Source of the DNA: Paraspadella gotoi
Lineage: Eukaryota > Animalia > Chaetognatha
Length of the DNA: 64,000 bases
Direction of reading: 5' to 3'
Assembly (NCBI GenBank): GCA_051294375.1
Contig: CM119270.1
Coordinates: forward strand, 19,603,741 to 19,667,740
The position numbers were made by a program, and so were the translations under genes. Under the pieces are notes generated by a model. That model was not told the origin of the DNA. It saw nothing but the letters and a program-made list of their open reading frames with translations, and ran no database searches. Below are positions 8,955 to 22,952 of this stretch, in pieces (within the stretch, counting starts at the first letter, position 1; each line of letters starts with the position of its first letter).

Positions 8955-9479
8955 CTGCTTGATTTTTTGATATTGTAATGTAATTTTCCTATTTTTTTTC
9001 TTATTGCAAGTTCTTTACCTCGCCTTTATCGTTCGTTTCCTATTGCGCATAATAAATCTTAAAAAAAGAAAAAAATATATATATATAACTTATATAATTG
9101 TTCTAAACTTCCATAATAACCTTCCTATTCGCCAGTAGTCTCCGGCCAATATTCTAACACGACAATCCCTTGTTAGCTTTTCCTTTTTCAGCAGAGTCTC
9201 GACCTACATTGCCCCTTACCCCCCCCACGCCCCCTCAGCATTCGTCTTTAAGTCTTGACCTAAATATTCCCCTTCTTCCGCCCTTTTCTTAACACCCTAC
9301 GCCCCCCTCTCCCCTTGCTCGCCTCTGTCTCTCTCCTTCATCTCTTGGAGGGAGAAGGCGTCCTTATTTCTCTCTTTCAGTTCCGCCTCATAATAATATT
9401 CATAACTGAAGAGAGAAGTTCATCCAGATGCTTCCTCTCTCTCTCGTCTCTCTCTCTCTCTCTCGGCTCTCTCTCTCTC

Positions 9480-9518
<39 letters not shown>

Positions 9519-12500
9519 TCTCTCTCTCACCTCCTCTGACTTGTGGCTGCCCAGTCGTCAAACTCATCCCTCAGGATTTAGCTGCCTTTCTGCTTCTCTC
9601 CCTTTTCTCGATCGATCTTGCATTTTTATTCACGTTTTAGATTTTCACTTTTTCTTCTTGATTTATTTTCTTTTCCGATTGGCTTTTATTTCTTCGCCGA
9701 TCGGAGCAATCCTATACTCTATCTTTTTCCTTCTTTTTTACTAATATGATTTTTGGCTTGGTTTTTTTTTTTATAAGACTTTTTTAAATACCTTTTTATT
9801 ATTTTTTTTTCCATCTTCCTATTCATTTTTTTCTCCTTCTTCTTTCCTATTTCTTAGAAAGATCTGGAAATCAATCACCCACCAAAAACCACCATCACTC
9901 GGACCACTCACACCCAATCACCATCACTTGCGACCACCTCAAACCACCACCAGATCCACCATCACTGCGAACCACACAATTAAAATTTCTTCATTCCAAC
10001 TCAATCATTACGTTTTAATGTTTTCCCTCGAGTCACATCCGAGTTTGAACCGAACTCTTCCCTTTTCTTTTTTCTTTCTTTTTTCTTTTCTTTTTTCTCT
10101 TTTATATTTTCTTTTCTTTTTCCCTTCCTTTTCTTCACTTTACTTTTTAGTTTTCTCCTTTCTATTTTATCTATTCTATTTTTTCTTTTCTTCTCTTTCG
10201 TTCCCTTTTCTTTTTTCTTTTCTCTTCTTCCCTTTCTTTTCTTTTTTTCTTTTCCATTCTCTTTCCTTCACTCTACTCTCTTTTCAGTTTTATCTTCTAT
10301 ATTATTGTATTTTAATCTATTGTCTTTGACTTATTAGTCTTTTTTTTGTTTTATTTGTTTATCTTTTTTCCTTTTCCTCTCACTTCTTTTTTCCGCCTTT
10401 TTTTCTCTTCTCTTTTTTTAATTACACTAACGACTTTCTTCTCCCTTTTCTCCTTTCTCATTCTTCTTAGTTTTTTTTTCTTCCTCTTTCCTCTACCACA
10501 CGTGAACAATGTGACCATTGCCTTTGATTTTAAAAACAAATTGGTTACTCAATATAAAAAATCATCCATTTTTTAATAAACAAGTTTGAGCAAACAATGT
10601 TCGGATGCTGGCCTACGATAATTAATTATTAATTGATTAATTAATTAATTAATTAATAGATTAATTAATTAATTATAGATTAATTAATTAATTAATTAAT
10701 AGATTAATTATAATTTATATTCGCTTGTCATCACTCGATGTCCTTAAAATTGAAGTCAGGACAGTTATGTAAATGTTTTGTTTACAATTTTATCAAAACA
10801 AACAAATATCCTCTATTATCGAGCCAAGGCGGGGCAAAGCCCGTCCTGTCTAGATTTTTTTTCGGTTTAGCTTCGGTCTTCGGCTTTTTTGCAATCATGG
10901 GCTTCTGAAGTGTGATATCATTAGGGAGTTGAATTTTCATATATGGCTTCTAATCATCAAGATCTTTAAAATTCTCAGTTTCATATCCAAATATTGGTAT
11001 TTGTTTATGTTTTATTTACAAAAACAAAAACGTTTTATTATATTGTGCTTTCTCTCATCTATTTTTCTCGTCAATGCTTCTTCTAAAAAACGAGTTCCGG
11101 CTTCTGCAGCGTCTGTCCCAGCCTTCTTTCCTCTCTCCTCTCTCTCCTCTCTCCTCTCTCTTTTTTTTTTTACAAAAAATTTTTTTAGATATAATGTGGG
11201 TTCACTAATGTAAAAAACGATGCCACGAACAGGTCGCGAACCCGGGTCCCTTTGGGTAGAGAATAGCTCAGCTACGTGCGTCGCCATAAAGTACTGGGCT
11301 GATTCTTTAACGAGTAAAAGGCTGTAGAGCTTCTCTCTCATTCTCTCTTTTATTATTATATATCGCTCTTTCTCTTTTCTCTTTTTTCTCTGCAGCGGCT
11401 GTCTCTCTCTTCTCTCTCTTTTCTCTCTCTGTCTCTCTGTCTCCTGGTGTGTCTGTCCCTATCTGTCCGATCTTTTGCGTGATCGTTTGTTTTTTGAAAA
11501 ACTTCTGATTATTTTTTTTCCTTCTAAAAACTTTTATTATGCCATTTATTCCGCGCTTTTTTTCAATACAAAAATCCCATATTTTTCCATCCGAGATTTC
11601 CGGGATTTAATTCTCTTTCTCTCTCTCTCTCTCTCTCCTTTCTCTCTCTCTCTCTTTCTTTCTCTCTCTCTCTCTTTCCTCCCGCTCTCTCTACTCTCTC
11701 TCTCTCTTTTCACTCATACCCGCATTTGTTTGTTTTATTGACTATCATCGCATCAATGAATGACAATCACGAATCAAAATGAATGACAACTCATCGCATC
11801 AACTGAATGATATCAACACAGGCAGTGATGACTATCATCGGCATCAATATTGATTATCATTCGAATCAATTAATCAATTCCTTTACATCAATCAAATTAT
11901 ATTACATCAATTCTTAGTTATACTCAATTCAATACTAGTCCAATTAGTCAACAATTCGTTATCGCATGATTCATTCGTTTTTTTTTCCCGGTTTTTATTC
12001 ATTATTTTTCTATGATGAGTGGGCTTGGCTCGAAATTCGTTTTGAGTCTTTAAGATTTTTTTTATTTTATGTCTCCTTCTCTCTTTCGTCTCACTCTCTC
12101 TCTCCTCTCTCATCTCTTCCTCCTTTTTCGCTCTCTCTCTCTCTCTCTTTTTATGCAATAGGCGACGATCCTTGATGCTTTTAAGATTTTTTAAACTTGG
12201 CATCATTTTTTCAACTTGCCATTCCGTCAAAGACTTCTATATCTAGGCTTCTTCCTCACTTGTCCTACCGGCTCACAAAATTTCATCTCAATCTACAATG
12301 GGGTTAAAATAAATAAAAAGATTTCAAGTAAATGTGACTCAATATTTTTTTCATTTAAAACTCATTTCCACTGGTAGCGTTTCTTACTGAAACTTTTATA
12401 TCAGCTTCGTCATACGTTTTCCTACCCACACACAATTTCAATCAATCTATCCTCCAATATGATTATTGCAGTATTTAATTGTTTAAAATAAGTAAAAAGA

Positions 12501-13710
12501 TTTTTAGTAAACTTCGACTTATGTGTTTTTTCCATTTAAAACTAAGTTTTCCACTCACGAAAACGATTCCATCGAAATTTTTTATCCCAGCTTATCACAC
12601 ACTATTCCTACCCACATACGTCACAACAAAAATTTAATTCCAATCCAACCTAGCCAATCACGCAGTTAATTGGAGCTTTTTGCTAAGATGGGACGGATGG
12701 ACGGATTGATGACTAATTAAGTTAAATTATTGATTAAATTTATTTAACTAATTGGATTAATTAACTGATTAATTATTTGATTTATTAATGACATCTCTGC
12801 AGATACATTTTAATTAAAAGGAAAAGAAGCATAATCAATTAGTAAAACAGGTTTTTTGTTTTTTTCCATTTAAAACCTCATTTCCTATCAAACTATTCCA
12901 TCGAAACTTTGGATTTCTTCCTGTTCAATCACACACTTTCCCTACCACATNNNNNNNNNNNNNNNNNNNNNNNNNAAATTTATTTCTCATTATGTATAAA
13001 ATTACAATCAAGTTTTAAAATTCAAATTAATAAAACGCTGAGATCCACGAATTTTTTTCGACTTCACGTCGAGTGTAGTATAAAAAACATTACTTTTATT
13101 TTTGTGTTTCAAAAAGGGTTATTCTATTTCTTTTCGGGGTGTCTACGGAACAGGGCTGCTTGTCTAAGTTCGATTATACAGATCCATGTTTGATTTTTGT
13201 ATTGTAATGTTAATTTTCTATTTTTTTCTTATTGCAAGTTCTTTACTCGCCTTTAATCGTTCGTTTCCTATTGCGCATAATAAATCTTAAAAAAGATTAA
13301 TATATATATAACTATATAATTTTGTATAAACTTCCTACTCGCCATATCTCACGCCAACTATTCTACACGACAATCCCTTTAGCTTTTCCTTTTTCACAGC
13401 AGAGTCTCGACCTACATTGCCCCTTACCCCCCCCACGCCCCCTCAGCATTCGTCTTTAAGTCTTGACCTAAATATTCCCCTTCTTCCGCTCTTTCTTAAC
13501 CACCCTACGCCCCCCTCTCCCGCTTGCTCCCCTTGTCTCTCTCCTTCATCATTCTTGGAGGCGAGAAGGCGGTGTCTTATTTCTCTTTTCTTTCAGTTCC
13601 GCCTCATAATAGATATTTCATAACTGAAGAGAGAAGTTTCATCCATGCGCTCTCTCTTGTTCATTCTCTCTTTGATTCGTCTTCTCTCTCTCTCTCTCGA
13701 GTCTCTCTCT

Positions 13711-13747
<37 letters not shown>

Positions 13748-14983
13748 GTTTCTCTCTTCTCACTCTCCCTTCTGAACTGGCTGCCAGTCCGTCAAACTCA
13801 TTCCCTCAGGATTTAGCTGTCCTTTCTGCTTCTTCCCTTTTCTCGATCGATCTTGCATTTTTATTCACGTTTTAGATTTTCACTTTTTCTTCTGATATTA
13901 TTTTCTTTTCCGATTGGCTTTTATTTCTTCGCCGATCGGATCGATCCTATATCTATATCTTTTTCCTTCTTTTTACTTAATATGATTTTTGGCTTGTTTT
14001 TTTTTTTATAAACTTTTTTAAATACCTTTTTTTATTATTTTTTTTTCCATCTCTATTCATTTTTTTCTCCTTCTTCCGATCTCTCTTACCATTTCTTAGA
14101 AAAGATCTGGAAATCAATTCACCACCAACCACCACCAGATCACCATCACTGCGACCATCTCAACACCACCATAGATCCACCATCACTGCGGACCCTAACC
14201 ACACCATCCAGCATCATGCGACACACAAATAAAATTTCTTCTTTCCAACTCAATCATTACGTTTTAATGTTTTCCCTCGAGTCACATCCGAGTTTGAAAC
14301 CGACTCTTCCCTTTTCTTTTCTTTTTTTTCTTTTCTTTTCTTTTCTTATTATATATTTTCTTTTCTTTTTCCTTCCTTTTCTTCACTTTACTTAGTTTGT
14401 TTCTTTCTTTTTATTTATTTCTATTTTATGTCAATTTTCTTTTCTTTTCTTTTCTGTCTATCCTTTTCTTTTTTCTTATCTATCATCTTTCCTCTTCTTT
14501 TCTCTCATCTCTTTTACTTTTTTAGTTTTCTGCTTCCTATTTGATTCTATTCTATTTTATTGTCTATTTCTTTTCGTCACTTTTCTTTTCTTTTCTTTCT
14601 TGCCCTTTCTTTTCTTTCTTTTTCTTTTCCATCCTTTTCTTCACATCTACTCTACTTTTCAAGTTTTATACTTCAATAAATTTAATAATATTTTAATCAT
14701 AATATGTCTGTTGACATATTAGTCTGTTTTTGATTTATTTGTATCTATATTACCATTATATATACGACTCATTATCTTATTTACCAAACCTTAATTTATT
14801 ATCTATCTTTTTTTTATAATAAAACACTTAACGACTATTAGCAACTCCAATTACATTCCACTAAAATTCTACAATCATTCTAGTTTATATTTTTTCTCTT
14901 TATCACTTACAACTAGCACCAAAGAATAAATAAAGAAACAATATAGCATTAATAAATATATACAAAATATAAAAAATCATCCA
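8955..14983 (+). repeat. Near-duplicate blocks 8955-10568 and 13185-14983 (probable assembly duplication)
   Basis: Same sequence in the same order on both sides of the 25-N gap at 12951-12975. Differences are mostly small indels, and the second copy degrades toward its end. Confidence 0.85.
11221..11286 (-). pseudogene. tRNA-like remnant or SINE head
   Basis: Minus strand GCACGTAGCTGAG...GACCCGGGTTCGCGACCTG..CGTGGC: A-box-like and B-box-like motifs plus partial acceptor and T stems. The cloverleaf is incomplete. Confidence 0.3.
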
Positions 14984-15516
14984 ATATATAATTTTAAATC
15001 AAATAAGAAATAATCAATGAGAAAGTACAATATAAATTTACAAATTACATAATAATTATATTAACACCTCATAAAACATCACTTCTAAAAAAACAACTAA
15101 AAATACATAACATACATAACTACAAAATTCACCACATATAAAAATAAACATCACTCATCGCCACACCAACCTCTGATACCACAAAAAAAAAACATAACCA
15201 CAAAACCCCCCCAACCACAAAACCTTACCTCCTCTCGAATTCCACTTCGTTCGTACAAAATCCAATCAGTTTTACATTCCATTCCTTCTACTCTCCAATC
15301 CTCTTCCATACTTCTCTCACCCTCCTACCTTAAAACTATCCTCCTCTCTCCTCTTCTCCTCTCCTCTCTCCTCCTCTCTTCTTTCCTCCTTTCCTCCCTT
15401 TTCTTCTCCTCTTCCTCCTTCCGCGCCACCTTCTTTCCCGGGAGCCAAAAGTCGCCGTGGAGTTTCGCCCCCGATCCTTCCCAAATCCAAGCGGTGACCA
15501 CGCCGGAGGTGTACCT

Positions 15517-15846
15517 GGGGTGCGGAGGTTTGAAAGCTGTCATTACTCGGGGTGCTGAGGGGGTTCGATGACTGTCATAACTGGGAGTGAAGCGGTCTAA
15601 AGGCTGTCTTTACTGTGGGTTCTGAGGTTGAATAACTTGTCATTACTTCAAAATGCTGAGATTAATTGATTATCAAGACTCAGAGCCGAGAGGTTTAAAA
15701 GGCTGTCATTACTGACAGTGAAAAGATTAAATAACTCTCATTACTCTGGGTGTGAGGTTGAAAGATTATCATTGTACTCGGAGTGAAGAAGTTTTATAAC
15801 TGTCATTTTAACAGGGTGCTGTGGTTGATTAACTGTCATCACTCCG
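15517..15846 (+). repeat. Degenerate ~33-bp minisatellite, ~10 units
   Basis: Recurring unit of the form GGGTGCTGAGGTTGAAnnACTGTCATTACTC. Confidence 0.8.
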
Positions 15847-17898
15847 AGTTAAGGGAACGTCCTACACAACCAGGCGATGCCTGACCCACTCACGACCCTC
15901 CCTCGATGACACCTCACTCTATAACCCTTACCGAAGTGAACCCGCGGACTGGCGACCCAATCCCACCCTATTTCCCCTATTTCCCCCTTTGCCTGCCTCG
16001 TCCCTTTTTTGGGCACCTCTTGGCTCCGTCATGATTTCCCAAATGACGGGATAGACTCGCGTCGGTGGAGGAGGAGGGGGGAAAGCAGGAGGGGGGCGTG
16101 TGGACGGGGATTTTTCGTCAAGAGACGCAAATAAAAAACTAATATCCATGGTTTTTGTTTTTTTTTTTTTTTATTTTTTTTCGTTCTTCTGTCGCGCGAG
16201 ATACTTTTTTATCGCAAATAAAATGCAAAATAACAACAACAACAACATCACAAACAACAACAACNNNNNNNNNNNNNNNNNNNNNNNNNNNNNNNNNNNN
16301 NNNNNNNNNNNNNNNNNNNNNNNNNNNNNNNNNNNNNNNNNNNNNNNNNNNNNNNNNNNNNNNNNNNNNNNNNNNNNNNNNNNNNNNNNNNNNNNNNNNN
16401 NNNNNNNNNNNNNNNNNNNNNNNNNNNNNNNNNNNNNNNNNNNNNNNNNNNNNNNNNNNNNNNNNNNNNNNNNNNNNNNNNNNNNNNNNNNNNNNNNNNN
16501 NNNNNNNNNNNNNNNNNNNNNNNNNNNNNNNNNNNNNNNNNNNNNNNNNNNNNNNNNNNNNNNNNNNNNNNNNNNNNNNNNNNNNNNNNNNNNNNNNNNN
16601 NNNNNNNNNNNNNNNNNNNNNNNNNAAAGAGAGAGATGATCCAATTGTGTTTCGTGTCGCTCGAATCAAACGAGAGATCAAAAGCGCGCTTTTGTTTCGC
16701 TGGCAGACAAAATGAAGAAGGGGAGGAGAGGGGCTTCAGTTAGGATACTAGAGCATCGTGTTGGTTTCGTTAATATTGTTATCAGTTAGTTTAGATTAGT
16801 CATTCAGTTCGTAACATATATAGATATTGATGAATATCTTATCCTTAATTTTCATAGTTTATATGAAACTACTTTTCTTCATTCATTCATTTCATAATAT
16901 CATTCATTCATTCATTCATTCATTCATTCATATCAATATCTATTATCATTCTATATCATCATCAATTCTCATTCATATCTTTCATTCATTCAACATCTAT
17001 CGCATCAATCATCTTCATTCTCATTATTCTCATTCATTCAATCATTCATTCATTCATTCCATGTCATTCTAATAAATAATTTCACTTTCTTCTCTTCTGT
17101 CTTCCTTCTACTCCTTCAATCTCTTCTTCTCTTCCTTACTTCTTCCTTCCTTTCCATCCCTATCTTTTCCTTCTTCCTTCCTTCCTTCCTTCCTTCCTTG
17201 CATTCCTTCCTTCCTTCTATTCTTTCGCTTCTTTCCTTTCTTCTTCTTCTTTCCCCAAAAACTCAATTTCCATGCCCTATTAGCTCAAGCGTTCTCGCCC
17301 ATTTTAGTCGCGCGAGGAGAAAAAAAAATAAAGAAAAACAAAAATTCAGTACGAAGGCAAAAAACTGAAAAAATAAATAAATTCAGTTTTTTCTTTAAAA
17401 TGCAAAAAAAAAAGAAAAGAAAAGAAATAACTTTGAAATAAAGAATAAAGAAAAATTCCTCCCTCCATCGAAGGAAAGAAAAAAAGAAAGATTCGCTAGG
17501 GAAAAAAGAAAGAAAATTATAAAAAAAGAAGAAGAAAAATGGAAAATTGAAAATGGAAAAAGAAAAAAGGAAAAGAAGAAAGAATAAGGAAAATAAGGAA
17601 AAAAAAGGGAAAAAATAAGGATTTTTTTTCCGTGAGTGAATCTGTTGTTAAAAGGAGGAGGGAGTCGAACGCCGCCGTTTATGCTATTTGCATGCGAAAT
17701 GAAGGGACGGAGGGAGAGGAGGGGTAGGGAGGGGGAATAAGGGACTGAGAGAGGGTGGTCTGGGTGGTAAGGGTGGGGGTAGGGTGATAGAAAGAGAGGT
17801 GGAGGAAAGGGTNNNNNNNNNNAAGATGAAAAAGGGGTTTCGTTATTCGCGGTAAAAAAGTAGGGCGTTGTGTCGATGAGACATTCTTGACTTTTCAG

Positions 17899-17930
17899 CT
17901 AGAAATGGGATCCTTAAGGTGATGGCGGAG
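17899..17930 (+). CDS. Candidate internal micro-exon (xRNGILKVMAE)
   Basis: cttttcag acceptor and GAG|GTAAGT donor. Open frame, phase 1 to phase 0. Confidence 0.35.
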
Positions 17931-18203
17931 GTAAGTAAGAGCCACGTTTAAGATTTGGTCGAGGTAAGCTAGAGTCACATCGGAAAAATCGAGGAATACT
18001 TTTGGCGAGGCGAGAAAAATAGTTTTGTAACGTGAAATGAATTAATTTTAATAAAATCATGTTCGTTTTTGTTTAAAAAGAAATATTGAAGTATTGTGGC
18101 GGCATCGCTCAGAACCGCCTGGCCAGTTGGCCACGGTCCGGCCTCCAAACTAATTCAAATGCTGCATGAGTTCAACCGTGCGAATCCGGTTTTAATCCTC
18201 TAG

Positions 18204-18257
18204 TATTCCGGGTCTGCTTTAAATGTGATGGGAGGAAGGTATTCTGAGGGACCCTCG
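18204..18257 (+). CDS. Candidate internal exon (YSGSALNVMGGRYSEGPS)
   Basis: ttttaatcctctag acceptor and TCG|GTAAGA donor. Phase 0-0, compatible with the exon at 17899-17930. Confidence 0.3.
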
Positions 18258-18664
18258 GTAAGATATCCCGCGCTCTGGGTATCATCGACTCTCTCAGTTG
18301 TGATTATTGTCATAATCATTAGCCGAAGGGATGGATAAATTTTGAAAATCAACGAATGATAATAAGTTGTTAATGGTTAGGTAACTCCTTAGTGGTTAAT
18401 CTGTTAATAATTGATGCGTTATTAGTTAAATTTTATTAGCAAATATGTGTCAGTGAGATATTTGCCTAAAAATTTGTGATTTTTTCCGATTTTCCTGATT
18501 TTCACTCGAGTTTTTTCATTCGTTAACCAAATCTCTTTTTATGGGCGCCGATGTTTTTCTTATCTTTGTCTCTTTAACCTTTTTTTGAATTCGGGGCGGA
18601 ATATGATTGGGTGATTTTCTTTCGGGGGGATGGGCCGAAAAATCGGGGAAAAGAAGGGAAAACT

Positions 18665-18707
<43 letters not shown>

Positions 18708-19029
18708 GAGAGGAGAGAGAGAGAGAGAAGAGAGAGAGAGGGCAATGTAGATAAGAGGATTCTTTAGGGGGAGAAATTAATGGAGAGAAACGAGAGAAAA
18801 AGATTAGAAAAGAAGAAAAATAAAAGAAAATAAAGGAAATTAAAGGATAACAAAGAAATTCAGTGAAAATCGGACTAAAATCAAAGTTGGAAAATGAAAA
18901 TTGAAAATGTAAAATAGGAAAAAAGATTTTTATATTAAAAAAATATTTTATTGATATTTTCACTGTTCATATAATCATTGAACAGAAAGAGCACTAAAAT
19001 AAAGAAAAAGGATAATAAACGGAAAAAGT

Positions 19030-19292
19030 AGAGAAATAAAAGAAAAGACAAATAAAAAAAGAAAAGAAAAAGAAAAGAAAAGAGAAAAAGAAAAAAGAAA
19101 AGAAAAGAAAAAGAAAAGAAAAGAAAAGAAAAGAGAAAAGAAAGAAAAGAAAAAGAAAAAAGAAAAAGAAAGAAAAAGAAAAGAAAAGAAAAGAAAGAAA
19201 GAAAAAGAAAAGAAAAGAAAAGAAAAGAAAGAGAAAAGAAGAAAGAAAAGAAAAGAAAAGAAAAAGAAAAGAAAAGAATAGAAAAAGAAAAT
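19030..19292 (+). repeat. (GAAAA/AAAG)n low-complexity tract
   Basis: Direct reading. Confidence 0.9.
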
Positions 19293-19976
19293 AAAGGTCG
19301 TGGAAGAACCAAAATGTTTCACCTCACGTCATTTCGGAACCCCATAAATGAATGTAAAAAGACGACGACGACGACAGACGAAGACGACGAACGGCGGCGG
19401 CGGCGGCGGCGGCGGCGGCAATTGAATCTTTGGACGTGCCAACGATTGAGACAGAGAGCCAAAAGAGACAGATGAAAACGGAGGTGGAGACGAACAGAGA
19501 CACTAAAAAGCGGAAAACAAAAAATTTTGACCATTATACCGTAATCGCCCCTTTTCAGCTTAAATTCGGAATTATAGTTTGTTTATTAGTTTTGAGAGTT
19601 GATTATGAAATTAAGTTAGGGATCAGGTGATGGATTAAGGTTAGAGATTCGGTTAGGCATCGGAGTTAGTGATTTGTGTTAGGGGTGAAAGAAAGGGGAT
19701 AGTAGTTTTGGATACAGGATTAGATTAAGGTTAGTGATTAGGTAAAATATTCGGTATGAGAGATTCAATTGGGTGCCTTTCAAAAAATAGAACAATAATT
19801 ATTTTTTTCGTAAAATGTCGCTACAACCAACCATATTTTTCTTTTTTTAAAACTTTATTCCGTTCGCTTCTTTAATTCGTGACTAAAATTAATTTCGCGT
19901 CAGAAATTCGCTATCATTGAGATTCTAGAGAAAAAGAAAGGAACAAATTAACTGAGCAATTCTGATTTAGAATGGG

Positions 19977-20051
<75 letters not shown>

Positions 20052-20243
20052 AGAGAGAGATTCGAGGTTTATTTCACTTGGAAGATTTTCTAAAGATTCA
20101 ACTCGAACGTTTGTTTTGGAAGGAAAAAAAAGTTGCATAAAAAAAAGGAAAAAATGAAAGAAAAAAAAAAAAAGAAAATGGCGCGCTAGGAGATAACAGA
20201 AATTTTCATTTGAAAGTTTAATGATGGGAAATCTCTCTCTCTT

Positions 20244-20301
<58 letters not shown>

Positions 20302-21625
20302 CCATCCTCTCTCTCTTCCTTCTCTATCTCTCTCTCTCTTCAATAATTTTTATTCCTATGGATAATATTCTCAAATCAAGCGCTGATCCCCCAAAACCCA
20401 TCTGTATTATACGATTCAATTCATCGAAGTGAGAGTCAAACAAATGACAGCGCAAACTCCTTCTCCCTTAGTGGCCACGAAAAAAAGATGGCGTTATTCT
20501 CGCAGGAAAACGAGAGGCGGTCGATTCGCGGTCTCGATTTTATTGTCCGCACTTTTTCATTCTGTCGCTAAAAGTCGACCGCCATATTGTTTCCCTGCCA
20601 GAACCTCTGTCTGTCTGCTCTCTCTCTCATCTACTCTTTTTCATCGCTCTCCTCGTCCTTTTTACTCTGCTCTCTCACCTCGTCTCTCTCTCTCTTTTCT
20701 TACACCACCTCTCTCGTCTTCTCTCTCTCTCTCTCGTCTCTCTTTCTTTTCTCTTTCTCCTTCCTTTCTTTCTTAATTAATGTTAATTATATCTAATACA
20801 TTGATATTTTTTATTTTCATTGAAGAGATTTTTACAATATCAATTTTCTATCTTAGGTATTGATTATTTTCTCTCTTTCGTTGCTAGTGATATATAAGCT
20901 GATCGCAAGACCTCGAACTCCAATAGGAGTTCGAACACTCGTACTCAATAATAAAGAGCGATCGTTGGGTATTGGCACAGTAAATAATCTTCTTCATAAT
21001 TTTAGACATAAAAATTTTATGGTTTATTTATAATAATAACAATGATTCTATGTTCACTTTACTTTGGTAAAAGTAATTAACTCTATTAAAATTTTTTTTA
21101 ATTGCAATTTTCAGAAGTAAATTCATAAATTAACTCATACATTTGTTTTGTATAAATTAGGTTTTCCCCTCCAATTTAAAAAATATTCACATTGGAGAAA
21201 AGTTATTTTTTCAAATGACAATCATAAAATTTAATCCCGAATTCAAGAGTAAGGACTCGCGAAAGAGAGCGAAAGGAAGAGATGAGAGAAAGAGATGGTA
21301 AGAGATCCTCTTCCTTCACATAGAGGCGAGAACGCGAGCGAATAGGAGCCGGACTTACTCCGTCGCCGGAGGTAATCCGCGGCTGAATCGCGATGGGACC
21401 AGTCAGCGTCGAGAATAGTGAGGGAAAAGTCAACCATATGCCTCTCTTTTTCTCCTTCCCTTTCTTTCTCTCTCTTCTCCCCTCTCTCTCTCCTCTATTC
21501 TTTCTCTTTCTCTCTACTCTCTCTCCTCTCCCTTTTTTTTCTCCTTCCTTTACTTCTCTCTCCCTCTCTCTTTCTCTCTACTTTCTCTTTCTCTTTCTCT
21601 CTTCTTCTTTTTCTCTCCTTCCCTT

Positions 21626-21683
<58 letters not shown>

Positions 21684-21700
21684 TTTTTTCTCCTCCTTCT

Positions 21701-21741
<41 letters not shown>

Positions 21742-22292
21742 ATCTTTTTTTTTTCTTCTTTCCTCCTTTTTTTTTTTTTTCCCTTCCTCCCTTCCTTCTC
21801 TCTTCTCTCTTTCTCCCTTCTCTCCGTTCTCTCTCCGTCCCTCTCTCTCTTCTCTCTTCCTCTCTTCTTCTGTTTCGTCTTTCTATATCCTTCTCTCTCC
21901 CTCTCCCTCTCTTTTCTCCCCCCACCCAAGTATTCAGATTATCTTGTTTTTCTTTTGCTCATTTGTATCAGGTATTGATTTTATTCACCAGAGGGAGACA
22001 AAGATTGGATTTCGATATTTTCGGTTCAAAGATTATTCAAGAAAAGAAACGACGCTTAGGAGCGAAAAAAGAAAAAAAATCACGAAAATAAACTGCACAA
22101 GGATTTTTTACGTTTTTTTTTCATTAATTTTTTGTTTTCTCTATTTTACATCTTTTTTCAAACTTAAATAAATGACAGAAACGTTCTTACGCTATGTTTT
22201 ATATTTACTAACATTAATGCTCTAAAATACGATTATTTTGGTAAGATAAGGTAATAAACAGAAAGAGAAAGAAAGAAAGAAATAAAGAAATA

Positions 22293-22359
<67 letters not shown>

Positions 22360-22664
22360 GAAGGAAGGAAAAAGTTATTACATCCCCATCCACACAACAG
22401 TAGTATCGACGATCGTTTTTTTTTTCTCTCACAATTCTCTCCATCAAAAAAAAATTGTTCACGACTTCACAGAAATCGTCTCACGTTCGAGCGATTGTGA
22501 TTCGCGTCAATCATTTCACTTTCACATTCCCGTCGTCCCTTGAATTTTCTCATCGGTTCCCACCCGGTGGGAGAAATATAAAATATAGAATTAATGTTGT
22601 AAACATGATTACAAACAATGTCGTATCTAAACCTTAATTACCATTTTCATTGATACTTTGACAA

Positions 22665-22952
22665 GTGACGTTTCCCCTTCATCAATTTTACGAAGGGAAA
22701 AATCTCCTTACATCCATTAGGAAAATGGATTTGCCCCTAATCCATTTGACAAAGGGACATTTCCCAGTTCCCACCGCATTTCTATTAGATAGAGGGACAT
22801 TTCAATCTCGTATCCATTTGACAAAGGGACATTTCTCCCCCATCTCTTTGTCAAAGGGACATTTTTTCCCACATCCATTTGTCAAAGAAACATTTTCCCT
22901 ACATCCATTTGACAAAGGGACATTTTTCCCAAACATCCATTTGATAAAGGGA
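22665..22952 (+). repeat. ~29-bp minisatellite, ~8-9 units
   Basis: Unit CATCCATTTGACAAAGGGACATTTTTCCC repeated with variants. Confidence 0.85.

Noticed and set aside
18097-18190. tRNA or SINE-like sequence
   Set aside because: Only vague box-like motifs; no cloverleaf could be built.
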